DNA from: Chlorokybus atmophyticus
Lineage: Eukaryota > Plantae > Mesostigma and Chlorokybus algae
DNA length: 64,000 nt
Direction: 5' to 3'
Assembly: GCA_009103225.1 (NCBI GenBank)
Contig: RHPI01003642.1
Span: 859,099 to 923,098 of the forward strand
Part shown: positions 46,451-58,202 of the stretch, one piece after another
Position numbering within the stretch: position 1 is the stretch's first letter
Layout of the letters: every line of letters begins with the position of its first letter
Program-made: the position numbers and the translations under genes
Notes under the pieces: generated by a model
What the model saw: the letters and a program-made list of their open reading frames with translations, nothing else
What the model was told of the DNA's origin: nothing
The model's database searches: none

Positions 46451-49302
46451 CGCACAGCTTACCATGCCGCGGCTCCATTGAAAATGCAGTTACAGCTACC
46501 TTGACAATTCCGCTGCTGCTTATACTGCTGCTGCTGCTGGCTCTCCACATGATGAGATGGCTCGTCTGCAATTGATTTACCTCCCGCTTCAGCGATTGGT
46601 AACAGAGGATAATACAAAGTGGATGGCTAGCCAGCGGTTGCAGGGGGGTGAGAAGCAGGCTGAGTTACTAAAGCTGGCCGGCAGGGCGCGTAATAGTAGG
46701 CGCTTGACAATTGCAAGCACGCTCATAGCTTCACAAAGTTTCAACGATGTCAAAAACTTTTGTGCTGTCTGTATTAGATGTCGCAAATAATAATAATAAT
46801 AATAGTAATCAGGCTCAAAAGCGAGCTAGCGGGGGCACGAATGTTACTGAGTGAGGAGTCTGCCTGCCCATCCACCTCCATGGGGGACGCGTTGTCACCA
46901 ACGAGGCCGCTATTAGCAAAAAGTTTGTACACTTCAGCTTTTATGCGGGCAAGAGGTTGCTCTCTTCTTCTAAACTCCAAGTCCTTCTTGCGTAGGAGAC
47001 CTTGCATTGCTGTGACAACTTGAACTGCTGCCTCCGCTTGCGTAACGCTGCCGGGGTGGCCGCAGGTAGCTGGAGTCCGATAGACTTGTGGAGTCTTTCA
47101 GCAATATTAGCTGCTTTCCGGTCAACCATGCTGGGTGCATGCGTAGTACCCACAATAAACAGCTGCCCCAAGGTTACCGCCGCCGCCGCCGAGATTGCAG
47201 CGCAAGCCTAAAACCCTAGCAAATGGGCAGGGGACCAAGGAGCCTAGTGCTTACTACTCGTTTGGCATTGGCGCACAAGACTTCGTGAGCAAAGGATCAA
47301 GTGAGATGTGTCGTCGTTCCCTGGCAAGATACCCAATAATCTGGTCCAGGTAGCTGCCAATGTACTGCTCCAACCCTGGTCCGTGATTCAAAAGCCAGTG
47401 CTTGACAATTGTTGGATGCTGATCCGGGACCATGCATGGTCTACGGGGGCCGCTTACGATTGTACTAGTGCAGCATGGTCCTGCTTGGGAGAACCATGAT
47501 TGGTCCGTACTGTACATGTCACACGGTGTGCTGCACCAGTGCTGCCCAGGCTCATAGGTCGCAGGGCATGCGACCAGCCGTGGTCATAATGCTCAGGCCA
47601 CGTGTTGACCAGCGCTGTACCGGTCTACCGACCACAAGGCACGCGACTAGCTCTGGTTCGGTTATTTGGACCATGCCGGCGGGCTCCGAGGCCGGACCAC
47701 TGGTGATCGGATCCGGTCACGTCAGACCAATCGCGGCACTGGTATGCCACAGCGTACCAGGTGTCGTCTACGGGCCGCATACAATTGGTCCACGCGAAAA
47801 AAATCCCAGTGTACCCACTGCGTTCACGTGCAGTTCAATAGAGTGCGCTCCATGGTGCAGCTTGAGCAAGCGCTGGGTCAGTGGTTAAAAGAGGAGCTTG
47901 GGGGCTTCATAAGTTTGTGCGAGACTAGCTCGCAACCATCAACTATTGAGCAACAAGCATCTCTAGCACAAAAAAGTCATTGACAAACCTATTCTTTCTG
48001 CACAAGAGATTGTGCGCTGATTTTAATGGCTGCCAATCCCTCTAAGCTCGCTGGCCGTGGGAGGAGCAGCAACATCAAGAAGAGTCGCATGTTGCCTAAG
48101 TGCACAACGCTGCCACCAGCCTGCTAGCCATAGGTGTGCTTGTGTATGTCTCTATGTCGCATGCACTGTCGCTCACACATGCATGCGTACAAGAGCACCG
48201 CACATGCAATCAACTTTGCATGTAGCAAGCTAATGTGCACATGTGTGAGCGTGCATACTGCTTTGCTGCTCCTTCCTTTCTCCATCCATGAGTGTGTGCG
48301 CAGACACGCACACACACGCGCTCTGTGCATATCCACACACCGAGCGCACCTTTCTCCTCTCCCCACAGGTAGGCTTTCATATCCTACCAAAACATCCTCC
48401 ATGAAGGTCAACAGCCCATTGTTGGAAAGGCACCTGAACAGTCTTGGCCTGTTCAGGTGCCTTTTTCAAAAGCCGTTTTGGTTTCAACACGCGCACTCAC
48501 TGTCCCACTTCCCACTCTCGCTTCCTCCCCGCCCCCTTCTCACCCTAAAATCCGTCCCCCCAGCCTCTTCCCAACATCCCTTCACCCACCCACATCATTC
48601 CCTCGACAGCCCTTTCCTCGCAGAGGGCTGTCAATTGGCAGTCCTTTTAACAGCCTCGACTGTAGACTCTGGTAAGTGGATGGGTGGGTGCAACAGTTGT
48701 TTGTACAAGTCCTGTGCAATTATGCAAGTGTTCTGTCAGCAGCCTCAAGCTTGCATGTGAACACGTATGCGTACTTGCGCGCGTGCATGCTTGCACGCGC
48801 ATGGGAATGCGGTCGTGCGCGCGCGCGCGCAGACGCACTTGTTGGCTGCCTGTATACTTTGCAACCCACCAACCTCTCATGCCAGCCTCTGTGTTTTCAT
48901 TGTTCATACGATGACGGATACAAGCTGGTTGGCTGCTTGTAGAAGGCCTTGGACCTCAAACCCCTGCTGGGAAGACAGTCCTTGACTGTCCTCCCAGCAG
49001 TTTCTCTTGACAGTCGGACCTGTCCAACAGCGCTCGACTGTCAAACAGTAACAGTCATGACTTTATCAGCTTGCAAGGTGCGCGCAAGGTCGGCCTGCAT
49101 GCCGCTTTGCTTTGTCTTGCAACATTAGTTGCATACACAGGCCTCCAAGGAACAGCATACAAACAGTGCCACATGTACCACAACATGCAACACGCACGCA
49201 CGCACGCACGCGTATGCACACAAGCATGCACACTGACATACACAGCAAGTTTCAGTTTCAGTTACCTTACCCTGCAGCTGCGCATGCAGACCCCTCCCCC
49301 CN

Positions 49303-49407
49303 CTTGTCCCCTACCATTGTTGTCTTTTCAAAGCCACTCAGCACCAAGTGCCCCGGCTAGCTGAGCAGGGTGAAGATACTACGAGGACACGTACTCATCA
49401 CTTTTAT
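49303..49407 (+). repeat. 105-bp inverted copy of CACTA transposase sequence 44530-44634
   Basis: Base-by-base comparison shows identity to the reverse complement of 44530-44634. The copy begins immediately after a single N at 49302. Confidence 0.95.
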
Positions 49408-50039
49408 CCCCATTGAGAACCGGGTTCTCAACCCTATCAGCTGGTGACATGCCCGGGCTCGGCCTGGAGTTTCAGAGGCTGTTGCTGCGGGCTCGCCAGC
49501 CCGTTCTGCGCGCAGCAGTGCGTGAGGCATCAGTCGTGGAGCTCCGGGAGGCAATCGATGCGGGGCTGGGGTGGGCTGGTGCCAGACAGGAGGTTGAACG
49601 CAAGCTGGTTGGCCGTTTGCACAGCTGGACGCTCGACACTGCAGCCCTGTCGACAACCTCGACTGTTGGAGTTCATCGGTGGAGGGCTGTTAGACCATTC
49701 AACAAGGTCCATGCAAAGCTTTGTCTGCATGCAGCTGCCCTCTCTGTCTCACATGCATGCACCGTCGCATGTACAGGCGCACAAACAGTGCGACACATAC
49801 AAGCACGCGCACACACGCATCTGGTCGCACACATGTTGATACAAACTCACACGAACACCCTGCACAGCAACATGTTCATGCGCGTGCAGGCTTAGCAAGT
49901 TGCTCTGCACTCTGGCCTAAGGACAAGCTTGAAGTATAGAGTGTAATAGTTTGGGTAGCTCTTCCATTCAATAGCTGTTGAATAGCTTTAATCATATGCA
50001 AACACGGTGCTTTGGTTTATCAATGCAGTGCTGCAGGCT

Positions 50040-50330
50040 GATCCATGCATGCATTGCGTTTGTGGTGAATCAACCAGACCAAGGCTGGTCCATGACTACG
50101 ACCATGCATGGTCCATACAATCTCATGCGCATGGACAAAGCTTGGTGCAAGTTTACATCAGTGATTGGGACCACGCATGGTCCACACGTTGTCATGTAAA
50201 GTACGCACAAGCCATGGTGCCTATTCAAGGACAATGGTACCATTTACGTGAAATTCGAACCATGCGTTGTACCAACCACGGCGCCTATGAGGCCGCCGTC
50301 CTTTCAATCCTCTATCTCAATACCCACACC
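50040..50330. repeat. GACCATGCATGGTC-family palindromic repeat array (CACTA-like subterminal repeats)
   Basis: Perfect 14-bp palindrome at 50100-50113 plus many GGACCA/TGGTCC variants. The same motif occurs at 47428-47441. Confidence 0.75.
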
Positions 50331-51727
50331 GCCGGTGACAAGCCTGTCACGCCGCTAGCGGCATGACGCTGCAGATGGCAGAGAACTGAATGAGGTCTCA
50401 TCAGTTGATGAGACCTTATAAATCAATGATGTATTACATATATGTGTCTTGATATCGGACTCACAATTAAATATCACCCTTATAGATAGGGTAGCCGTTA
50501 GAAATCTAGCGTGAGTCAATAGGAGCTCAGATATCAAACGATAAGGTATCTAACAATAAGGTACCTATCGTGATATCTGGCTATAGTGATCGTATATATG
50601 ATATGCGACCCCAAATAGGCTTGAATAGGCAGTTCTACACCCATTGGGACTTACCAAGGCTATAACAAAGTATCATAAGCTTTGATAAGCGAGGAACCGT
50701 AGAGGAGAGGTATAAATAATAAATAAATAGTGCTTAGTACGCAACAACTAGCAATGTGTTTCTCCACCATATGCTGATCAGAAAAGGGCGAGCGGGGTCG
50801 TCAACAGCTCCTCTCGTCTGCGCCCTCTGTCAATTTTTTTTTAAGCTCAGTGATCTCTTCATACTGCTTGCTCGTAACGTAGATCTAGAGCATCAACCTC
50901 ATAATCAACTGTGTAGGAAACAAACCCGGACAAACTTGCTTGGTCTACCTGTTTTGTAATGCATGAGGGACAGCAAGGAGCAAGATCGTGCTGGCTCAAT
51001 GCAAATGTAAACAAATTCTGTCATACCTTACTTCTCCCAACATCAATGTCACCGTTAGAAGCAATGATAGCAACCAACTATGCAAATAGCAATAGTCGCT
51101 ACCGCAACAGCAAGTGCAACAATCACAAGTCAACAATAATTGAAACAGCCGCAGCACCAGCATGTCATTGCAGCAGCTGTTGGTGTAATCGTAAGTGACT
51201 ATTGTTGCTGCAGCGGTGGTCAGCAGTAAAACCTGCATTCGCTATAGCACTAACGAACAACGACAACAGTAGCTAATGGCAGCTGCAGCGGCAACAACCG
51301 CTATCGCAACAGCTGGCAACGAGTTAAACAGCATACGAACACAACAACTGCTACAATTGTGTACACAATCGCTGCCGCTGTTATGAAGTAAAGACCAACG
51401 AATGCAAATCATCGAAAGCTGGTTGGTAATCTAACACCACCCAGTGTGAAACCCACCGCTCGCCGCCGCTGTCGCCGCCTCCACCGCTCCAGCGCCATGA
51501 CCAACGACAATCCTGCGGTGCCTTCCAGTGGCACTGCCAGCTGTTGAGCAGCAGATAGGATATTTGCAAGCGCATTGCATGCTGACGTGTATGGTCTGGT
51601 GCTTAAGCTGATTGCTACGTCAGCTTCGTAAGCCTATTAGCCTATTTAGTAAACTCTACCTGCGAAGCATGCATGCGTCGCGCGGCGCAGCAAGCAAGGT
51701 CCATACAGCATACGGACGATAGATTTA

Positions 51728-53894
51728 GGGTAAAGTGCCCTAATTTCGGGCAAATAAGGTTTGACCTATCATAGCTAGCAGGCTGTTTGTTTTTTGGCGG
51801 TGATGTTAGTGAGTGATGTGTAGCTTATCAAATTGGCTACACGTGTATATTTTTTTACGTAGATTCTGCCCAGTATAGCAGTAGTTAAGGCGCGCTAAAT
51901 GGGCATGTGTAATCCCAGCAGGTCAAATCGACCCGTGACCTTATTTCGGTCACCCATTTGCCTGTGTAGCAGGCAAAATGGCGTCGGCCATCACCGTGGT
52001 GTGGCGGATGTAGGGTGATGGCCTTGCTGGCTCTGACAGCTGCATGCTCCCGCCACAGTGAGGCGGCTGTCAACCTTCTTCCCTTTTGGGGTGGCCTGCC
52101 AGGATAGCTGTAGGTGGAATAGCGTACCCTGCAGCTGTCACAGCCGCCATCAAAGTAATATGCTGTCTTGCCCCGCTTACAGCCAGTTGAGCAAACCTTT
52201 GAGTTGCTGCATAGGTAGGTGTTAGTCAGCACTGTGCATGCATTGCACAACCAGCATCTCACACAACTCACTCACCTCTTCACTATTACCCAGCTGTTCT
52301 TCAAGGTAGAATCAGGCTCAATTCCTATCTCGTCACACAATATGATCCTGTCAGGCCCAATCTTCATCACCTCCAGCACCTCCAAACGCTTGAAGTAGTC
52401 CTTCACTATCCATCGCTTGAAGAACGTCCTCCTGCTGGCGTCCACTGGCTCTGCTTTTCTCTTGCTTAACTTATGCCTCATCATGAAGCTCCTCACCCAT
52501 CTCTTGCCAGGTATGCCATCCTTGAATTGGTCTTTTTTGGGGTCGTAGCAGAGTTGCTTGGCAACGTGAAGTTGAACGGCATACTTTGTCATGGCACAAC
52601 CTATGCCGTTTTTGTAAGTCAGCAGCTCCACCAGCTTCATCTCATCATTATCGTGTAGCAAGGTAGGTCTCCCTGCCCCCCTGCAGTATAGTAGTAAGTG
52701 TGTTGCACAGTGTTGCCATGCACAGCACAATCAGCAACTACACATGCACAGTGTTGCACTGCAGTTTACTTGTATTGTTGCACACATGCAGGGTCCTCCA
52801 CATAGTCCTGGAAGGTGGACTCTGGCAGCCCCACCTCCCTAGCTGCAGCTCGTGCGCTCATGCACCCTTGCTGTACAGCTTGGATGGCAGCTTCTACTTG
52901 AGGCAGCAGCTGCTCCCGGGCCTTCCTGTTCATGTATGGTCCCCTCTTGGGCTTGCTCTGCAGCTCTTTTAGTCGCTGCTGCACGCTCTTGTTGGTAACC
53001 CGTTTCCTTACCTATGAGCAGCACAGTGCCTGACTGTAAGGCACGATGAAATGCCGCAACAGCAACAACAACTTGGCAATGATGACACCTTGGTCTGAGC
53101 CAAACGGTAGAAGAACATAGCATAGGCATAGCATAGTGCAACGTACCTGAGTTGACATAGGCGCTTTGCTTGTAAACTTGAATGCAACTTTGTCTCTCAT
53201 TACCCCCGTGTGCCCTCAACCCTGCTCACCTCACTTGCACGCGTGCATTGCAAGCCCACCGCTCCTATGCTTGCCTCGCAACACTAACACAACCACAACA
53301 GCAAGCCACCGTCCAGATGCTAACTCATACAACTTGCACAAGCTTGCACTTTACGATTGTTGCGGTAGGGGTGGCACACTAATTTTTTTGTTACTCATCT
53401 AACTGAGCTGAAACTTTATGATAAGCAGCCTTACGTACTAACCAAAACAATGCGAAAAACCTCAACTTAAAAGCCCGCGCCACTCAATAGTTACAGCCTT
53501 CACCAACTCTTAAGAATGTTACGGCGACACTTAAGAGGGGTGACATATTAAGTTTCTCAAATCTTATCCAATCAGCATGAAACTTTGATAGAAGTTGCAT
53601 CATTACTAAACTAACACACAGCAACAAACCGCATTTCAAAACTCATTCACAGCCAAAAGTTATAACAGTTAAGGACTATGACTCAGCATTTTACCTAAAC
53701 TAATTATTTTCAGAAATTCAAATCTGCCGCTCTACTTGGTCAAACGGGATGGGGTTTGAACCAGTAGAAGCGCGTTAGCCACATCTAACAGCTCCTAAAC
53801 CCTCACCGCGATCGACGGCCCACAGCGCTTACAGCAGCCAAAACCCAGGCGTGACCGAAATAAGGTCACTGCCCGAAATTAGGGCACTTTACCC
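51728..53894 (-). mobile_element. pogo/Fot1-like (Tc1/mariner superfamily) DNA transposon, internally deleted, 2167 bp
   Basis: Perfect 25-bp TIRs GGGTAAAGTGCCCTAATTTCGGGCA (51728-52, 53870-94) with TA on both sides. The minus-strand transposase has a psq-like HTH (AAIQAVQQGCMSARAAAREVGLPESTFQDY), a CENP-B HTH (PGKRWVRSFMMRHKLSKRKAE), IILCDEIG and RQHITLMAAVTAAGYAIPPTAILAG, then is truncated. Confidence 0.95.
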
Positions 53895-53896
53895 TA

Positions 53897-54186
53897 GCGA
53901 CGAGCCCGGCCGCGTGTCTACAAGTGATCGGACCATGGACATGCCTCATGCTGCTGCGACCCGGATATGGTGCGGACACCCATGTGTCACACGGACCAGA
54001 ACATGGCCTGGTCCGGCTGCGGACCATGCATGGTACAATATGCGGTACAATATCGGGGCCCCGGAAGGACCATGGATGGTCCGTCCCCCGCGGACCAGGC
54101 ACTCGTGGTCTGCGAGGGACGGACCATGTATGGCCCGCGGCGTCCGTGCAAGAACCATGCATGGTCCTTGAACGTCAAACCGTGTG
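53897..54186. repeat. GACCATGCATGGTC-family palindromic repeat array
   Basis: GGACCATGCATGGT (~54021), GGACCATGGATGGTCC (~54068), ACCATGCATGGTCC (~54154) and other variants. Confidence 0.75.
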
Positions 54187-55269
54187 ACAATAGCACATAA
54201 GTGTCGCATGTCAAACATGTAAAGAACTGAAAGAGCCGAAGAGGAGGCGTTTCCCTCTCGCCCAGAGCACGATGCATGTGATGATGGTAGATGTACTAGT
54301 ACTTCTTAATGATGACAATATGACTCTATCGTTGAAAACCCGTCTTTAATTTTATAAATAGCACGGGATGTCATTGAACACCATCAACTTACACGCTGGT
54401 TTTGCCGGCAAAAAGCCTCTCACTTGTGTGTATTTTGCATGTGGTGGGGTCCTTTACCACTAGGCAATGGCAGTAAAAGCCGCTGACGCAGCCTTAAAAA
54501 CATAGCATCCAAATAAATGTGGCGTATATGACATATGTTACAGCATGCTATGCATAATGTGCGTAATGACTTAGACGGCCTCATTCTGCTTGTAGGTTCG
54601 GCATGAAGGTTATGATACTTGAGCACGCATGGTGCAAAATTTATAGCTGATGATAGCAGTCAGCAGCACTGATCAAGATGGATAGAGCATTCATGAGGAT
54701 AATTTGCAACATAAAAGCTAGAGGTGAATAGGAAACCCACAGCTATCACTGGCTGGCATGGATTGGTTACAAACCTCGGGGGTGGGCTGTAAGGCGCTTC
54801 GGCCACCATGTCACCATTTCAACGTGGCAGGCTCAGCGCTGGCGGCTGTTGCAGTCAGAAAGCTGACGTCAGCTCCCGCCATGCGCCAATGCTGTCAGCA
54901 GCACTTTTCAAGCGCAGTGAGATCCTCTTGGCCGCCTCGGTCACCTATAAATATGGATGCCTCTAGTAAAACGTTAACGGTAACGTAAGTATGCGTGTCC
55001 AATGGTACGTACGCTACTTACTCTTACACCAGTAACTCCATGTGCGCAGCTGCGAACACACAAGATGTAACGTAACGTGACATCCGCTATATGAAAGCCC
55101 ATATCCGCCTGTTTATACATACAGGCTTGTAAGCTTGCCATGTTCTGACACAGGCAGACGTAAGGTTGTTGGCGGCGTTGCTGGGCTGGGCGGCGGCGTG
55201 GGCGGCGTGCAGGCTATCTTCTCGGAGGTGGAGGCGGTGCGTGGCAAGCGTTTGTGTTGGGCAGGTCAT

Positions 55270-56455
55270 ATGTCTATGGCGATGGCGGTGTCGGCTGCCT
55301 CCGTCGTCTCTGTGGCCGCCGCCGCATCAAGCACGTCCAGGCGGCCGCACAGCAGGAGCCTCATACGGCCGCGGCATGCTCAGGTGTCCATGTTTGGTGT
55401 GCTGGTCGTCCCCGGTTGAGTGTGTGTGTTATTGTCGGCATGCTTATCTAGTTTGGTTGGCAAGCAGGTTGCGGCTGTTCGGCCTGCTTTCAGTAAGTTG
55501 AGCTGCAAGAGGTTGGGGGGTAAGGCGGCGACGAGCATGAGGTACACGGCGGATGCGGCGGAGGACACGCCCAGCATCCGACAGATGTTCCCCCGTGGCA
55601 CTGAGGGCATTGAGCACGCGGAGGAGATCATGCTCGACTCCTGCTCCACAAAGACAGGCGAGGCCGCTGTGCGATGCTGGGAAGCCTATGACGCCTTCGA
55701 GGAAGAAAAGGTGAAAACAGGCGTGTGCCTTGCTAGACGCTTCACGTAAAGTGTCTAGTTGTTATTGCAAGCAGACTGCCTGTTATCAAATTTCAACCAA
55801 CCGAAATACTATTTCTGTGGGTAATAGAAACGTGCGATGGAGACGTGCGACTTGAGCAACATCGAGACGTGTCAGGAGCTTTCCATGTTGGAAAAGTTTG
55901 CGGAGTCGGTGAAGGGGACGGACGCTATTGTTGCCATTGAGAGCATGAAGGAGACCGCGTATGAGTACCGACGCCGCTTCGACTCGCTGCATCAGGCGTT
56001 TGCTGCCACTGACACAGACAACAGCGGCGGCATTGATCTCACAGAGCTTAAAGCTATGCTGAGCTCCTTTGACGTCAAGATGCCAGTAAGTTTCTACTGA
56101 TGTTGCTTAGCAGCGTAGCTACGCTGCACGCATTGGAGGTCGCTTGCATCATGGCTTCCGGAGGTTGTTCTTAATTGTTTTGCCAGCTTTGCATGTGCAG
56201 ATGTGCATTATGCTTGCCATTTCAGCACCGTGCATGTAGCTGTGTTGAATCTGAATCTTGCAGAATGAGTTGGTGGAGGCAATGTTCGCCAAGGCGGACA
56301 AGGACTCCAATGGAGTGATAGACACCGAAGAGTTTGAGAAGTTCCTCTGGCACCCCAAGGGCCTTTTTGGCGATGAGGGCGATGAGCAGGTCGACCCTTT
56401 CCTGCGACATGCTGCCAAGAGGCGGGAGGCTGGAGAATGGCATGTCTCTGATTAA
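55270..56455 (+). CDS. Probable plastid-targeted protein with an N-terminal Cys-pair domain and two canonical EF-hands
   Basis: Four exons (55270-55383, 55468-55710, 55828-56085, 56264-56455) have GT-AG phase-0 junctions. The N-terminus is Ala/Ser/Arg-rich and acid-free, like a transit peptide. EF loops are DTDNSGGIDLTE and DKDSNGVIDTEE. Stop is TAA 56453-55. Confidence 0.85.
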
Positions 56456-58202
56456 GTTGCGCGCCTGGCACATGGCCTTGTACAGAATCAGCACAGCGCT
56501 GTCGCGGATGGCCATGCTGCCCTCTCTTTGTGCAGAACATGAGGAACAATTGGCTTTGGACTGCCAGCTTGCCTTATGAGTCATGGCGTATGTGCCATTA
56601 CCTTGCGTCACGTTACTGTTCAAAGCTTCGCTTCTGGACGCCTGTGAGAAAACCACTCTGCTTGCAAAGTAGCATGCAGTTTCTTGCATTACTGGGGCGT
56701 GGAGCCTGGGGACCTGAGGCGTTGCATGCGATGTGCCTGTACAGTGTGTATGAGTTCGGTACATTGATCATGAGCCTGCCCCGGCCGTTGCGGCATACAT
56801 ACCTTCTTGTAGACTGCAGTGACCATGTCATTCATGCTACTGACTGTGTGATGCGTGCACAAGTTTATTATTACTATCAATTGATATGCATCTGTTAGTT
56901 AAATTTGAGTAGCAACGCTTAGATGTCTATCTAACGGCCGGTGTTGAGGGTTGTGGGCTTTGTGTGGTTGTTGGTTATAGCTATGGTTGTGGAAGATATG
57001 CTTTGCACTGATAATTGTGTCTGATGGTGTACGGGGTATATAGCATAGCACATGATTTGACCTGCTATAAGCTGGAGTCAGCTAGTATACTTGTGCATTC
57101 TCATCCTGTTAGCATTGAGTTTTGAACTTCAATATGCCTATTGTTCCGTACTCTACCTCAGATACTACAATTCGGCTTATAGCTGCTACGTTGCACCGCT
57201 TATCTCTATACAGCAACTTGAGTAATTTTCCATTTTTGTAAGCAGGCAAATATTTTCCCCCCCACCACCATCAATTGTCTTGTTTAGCGCTAAGAATACT
57301 TTCTTGGAATAACCGCTGCCCACCTTAAACAGCTTTCCTAATCTGCGTCTAACCTAGCCCAGCAAATGGGTTCGCCTATCACATCATCGTTAGATTACTT
57401 ACACAAAACTAAGTCTTTTTGATTCTCTGCATACTGCATGCAGTAATAGTTGGAAACAGGGAGTTTAAGTGGCTGTGCTAATGCAACTTCTTGTAAGCTC
57501 TGTTGGTATCAGATCAACACTCTTATCCAACATCCCTGCAGCATTTGGGGTTGCATCGACTCATACAATAAAACCAATCGCTGCTGAACATGAAACTTTA
57601 CAATGGCATGCAACTTTTCAATCGATGCGGACATAGCTGGCTTACTGCACCCACTACTGTCGTGAGCACAGCATTGCATGTGGGGCTGTAATGACACCCA
57701 GTGGCGCGCATTTGTTGCAGTATGTGTAGAGCGTATGCATCGCCGCACATGATGCTGAACGGGGTAAGATGTTTGCCATCATGTACAAGGCGGGGTTTGC
57801 TGTTGGTCGCAATGATCAGGGTAGATGTCGTCGCTGCCGCGAGAGACACATGGCAGCGACTGGACATGGTGACAGTGAGCATGTTATACATCCCCAGCCA
57901 GCCCTCACAATTCCAACTTGTACTTAATTGGAGGAACTATGCAGCATCATCAGCTATTCATAAACAAAACAGTTGCTGGTGATTGTCAAGTGAGAATTGG
58001 TAGCGATACACGTAACATTGTCGGTGCCAGACCTGCAATGAACAGCACACGCTTTACAATGTCACTTCAACTGCATTCAACCACACCAAAAGATGCAGTC
58101 AATTTGCGTGTCCATGCCTGACCATACGTATCACACGCGTTGCGAAACTGCAAACGACTGACATCCCATACAAGCTCGGCACTTGTCACTAGTGTGTGCA
58201 AC

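Larger units (their letters stand above)
34315..47811 (-). mobile_element. Candidate full extent of a CACTA/EnSpm DNA transposon (~13.5 kb) with nested insertions
   Basis: Imperfect TIRs are CACGCGGAATTCTTTC and the reverse complement CACTGGGATTTTTTTC (12/16). The 3-bp TSD TAC flanks both ends (34312-14, 47812-14). Dense GGACCA/TGGTCC subterminal arrays lie at ~34330-34950 and ~47230-47800, and the element contains a Tnp2-type transposase relic. Confidence 0.55.

Noticed and set aside
49413-49431. Hairpin as a possible Helitron 3' end
   Set aside because: There is no CTRR terminus at the expected distance on either strand and no Rep/helicase sequence.
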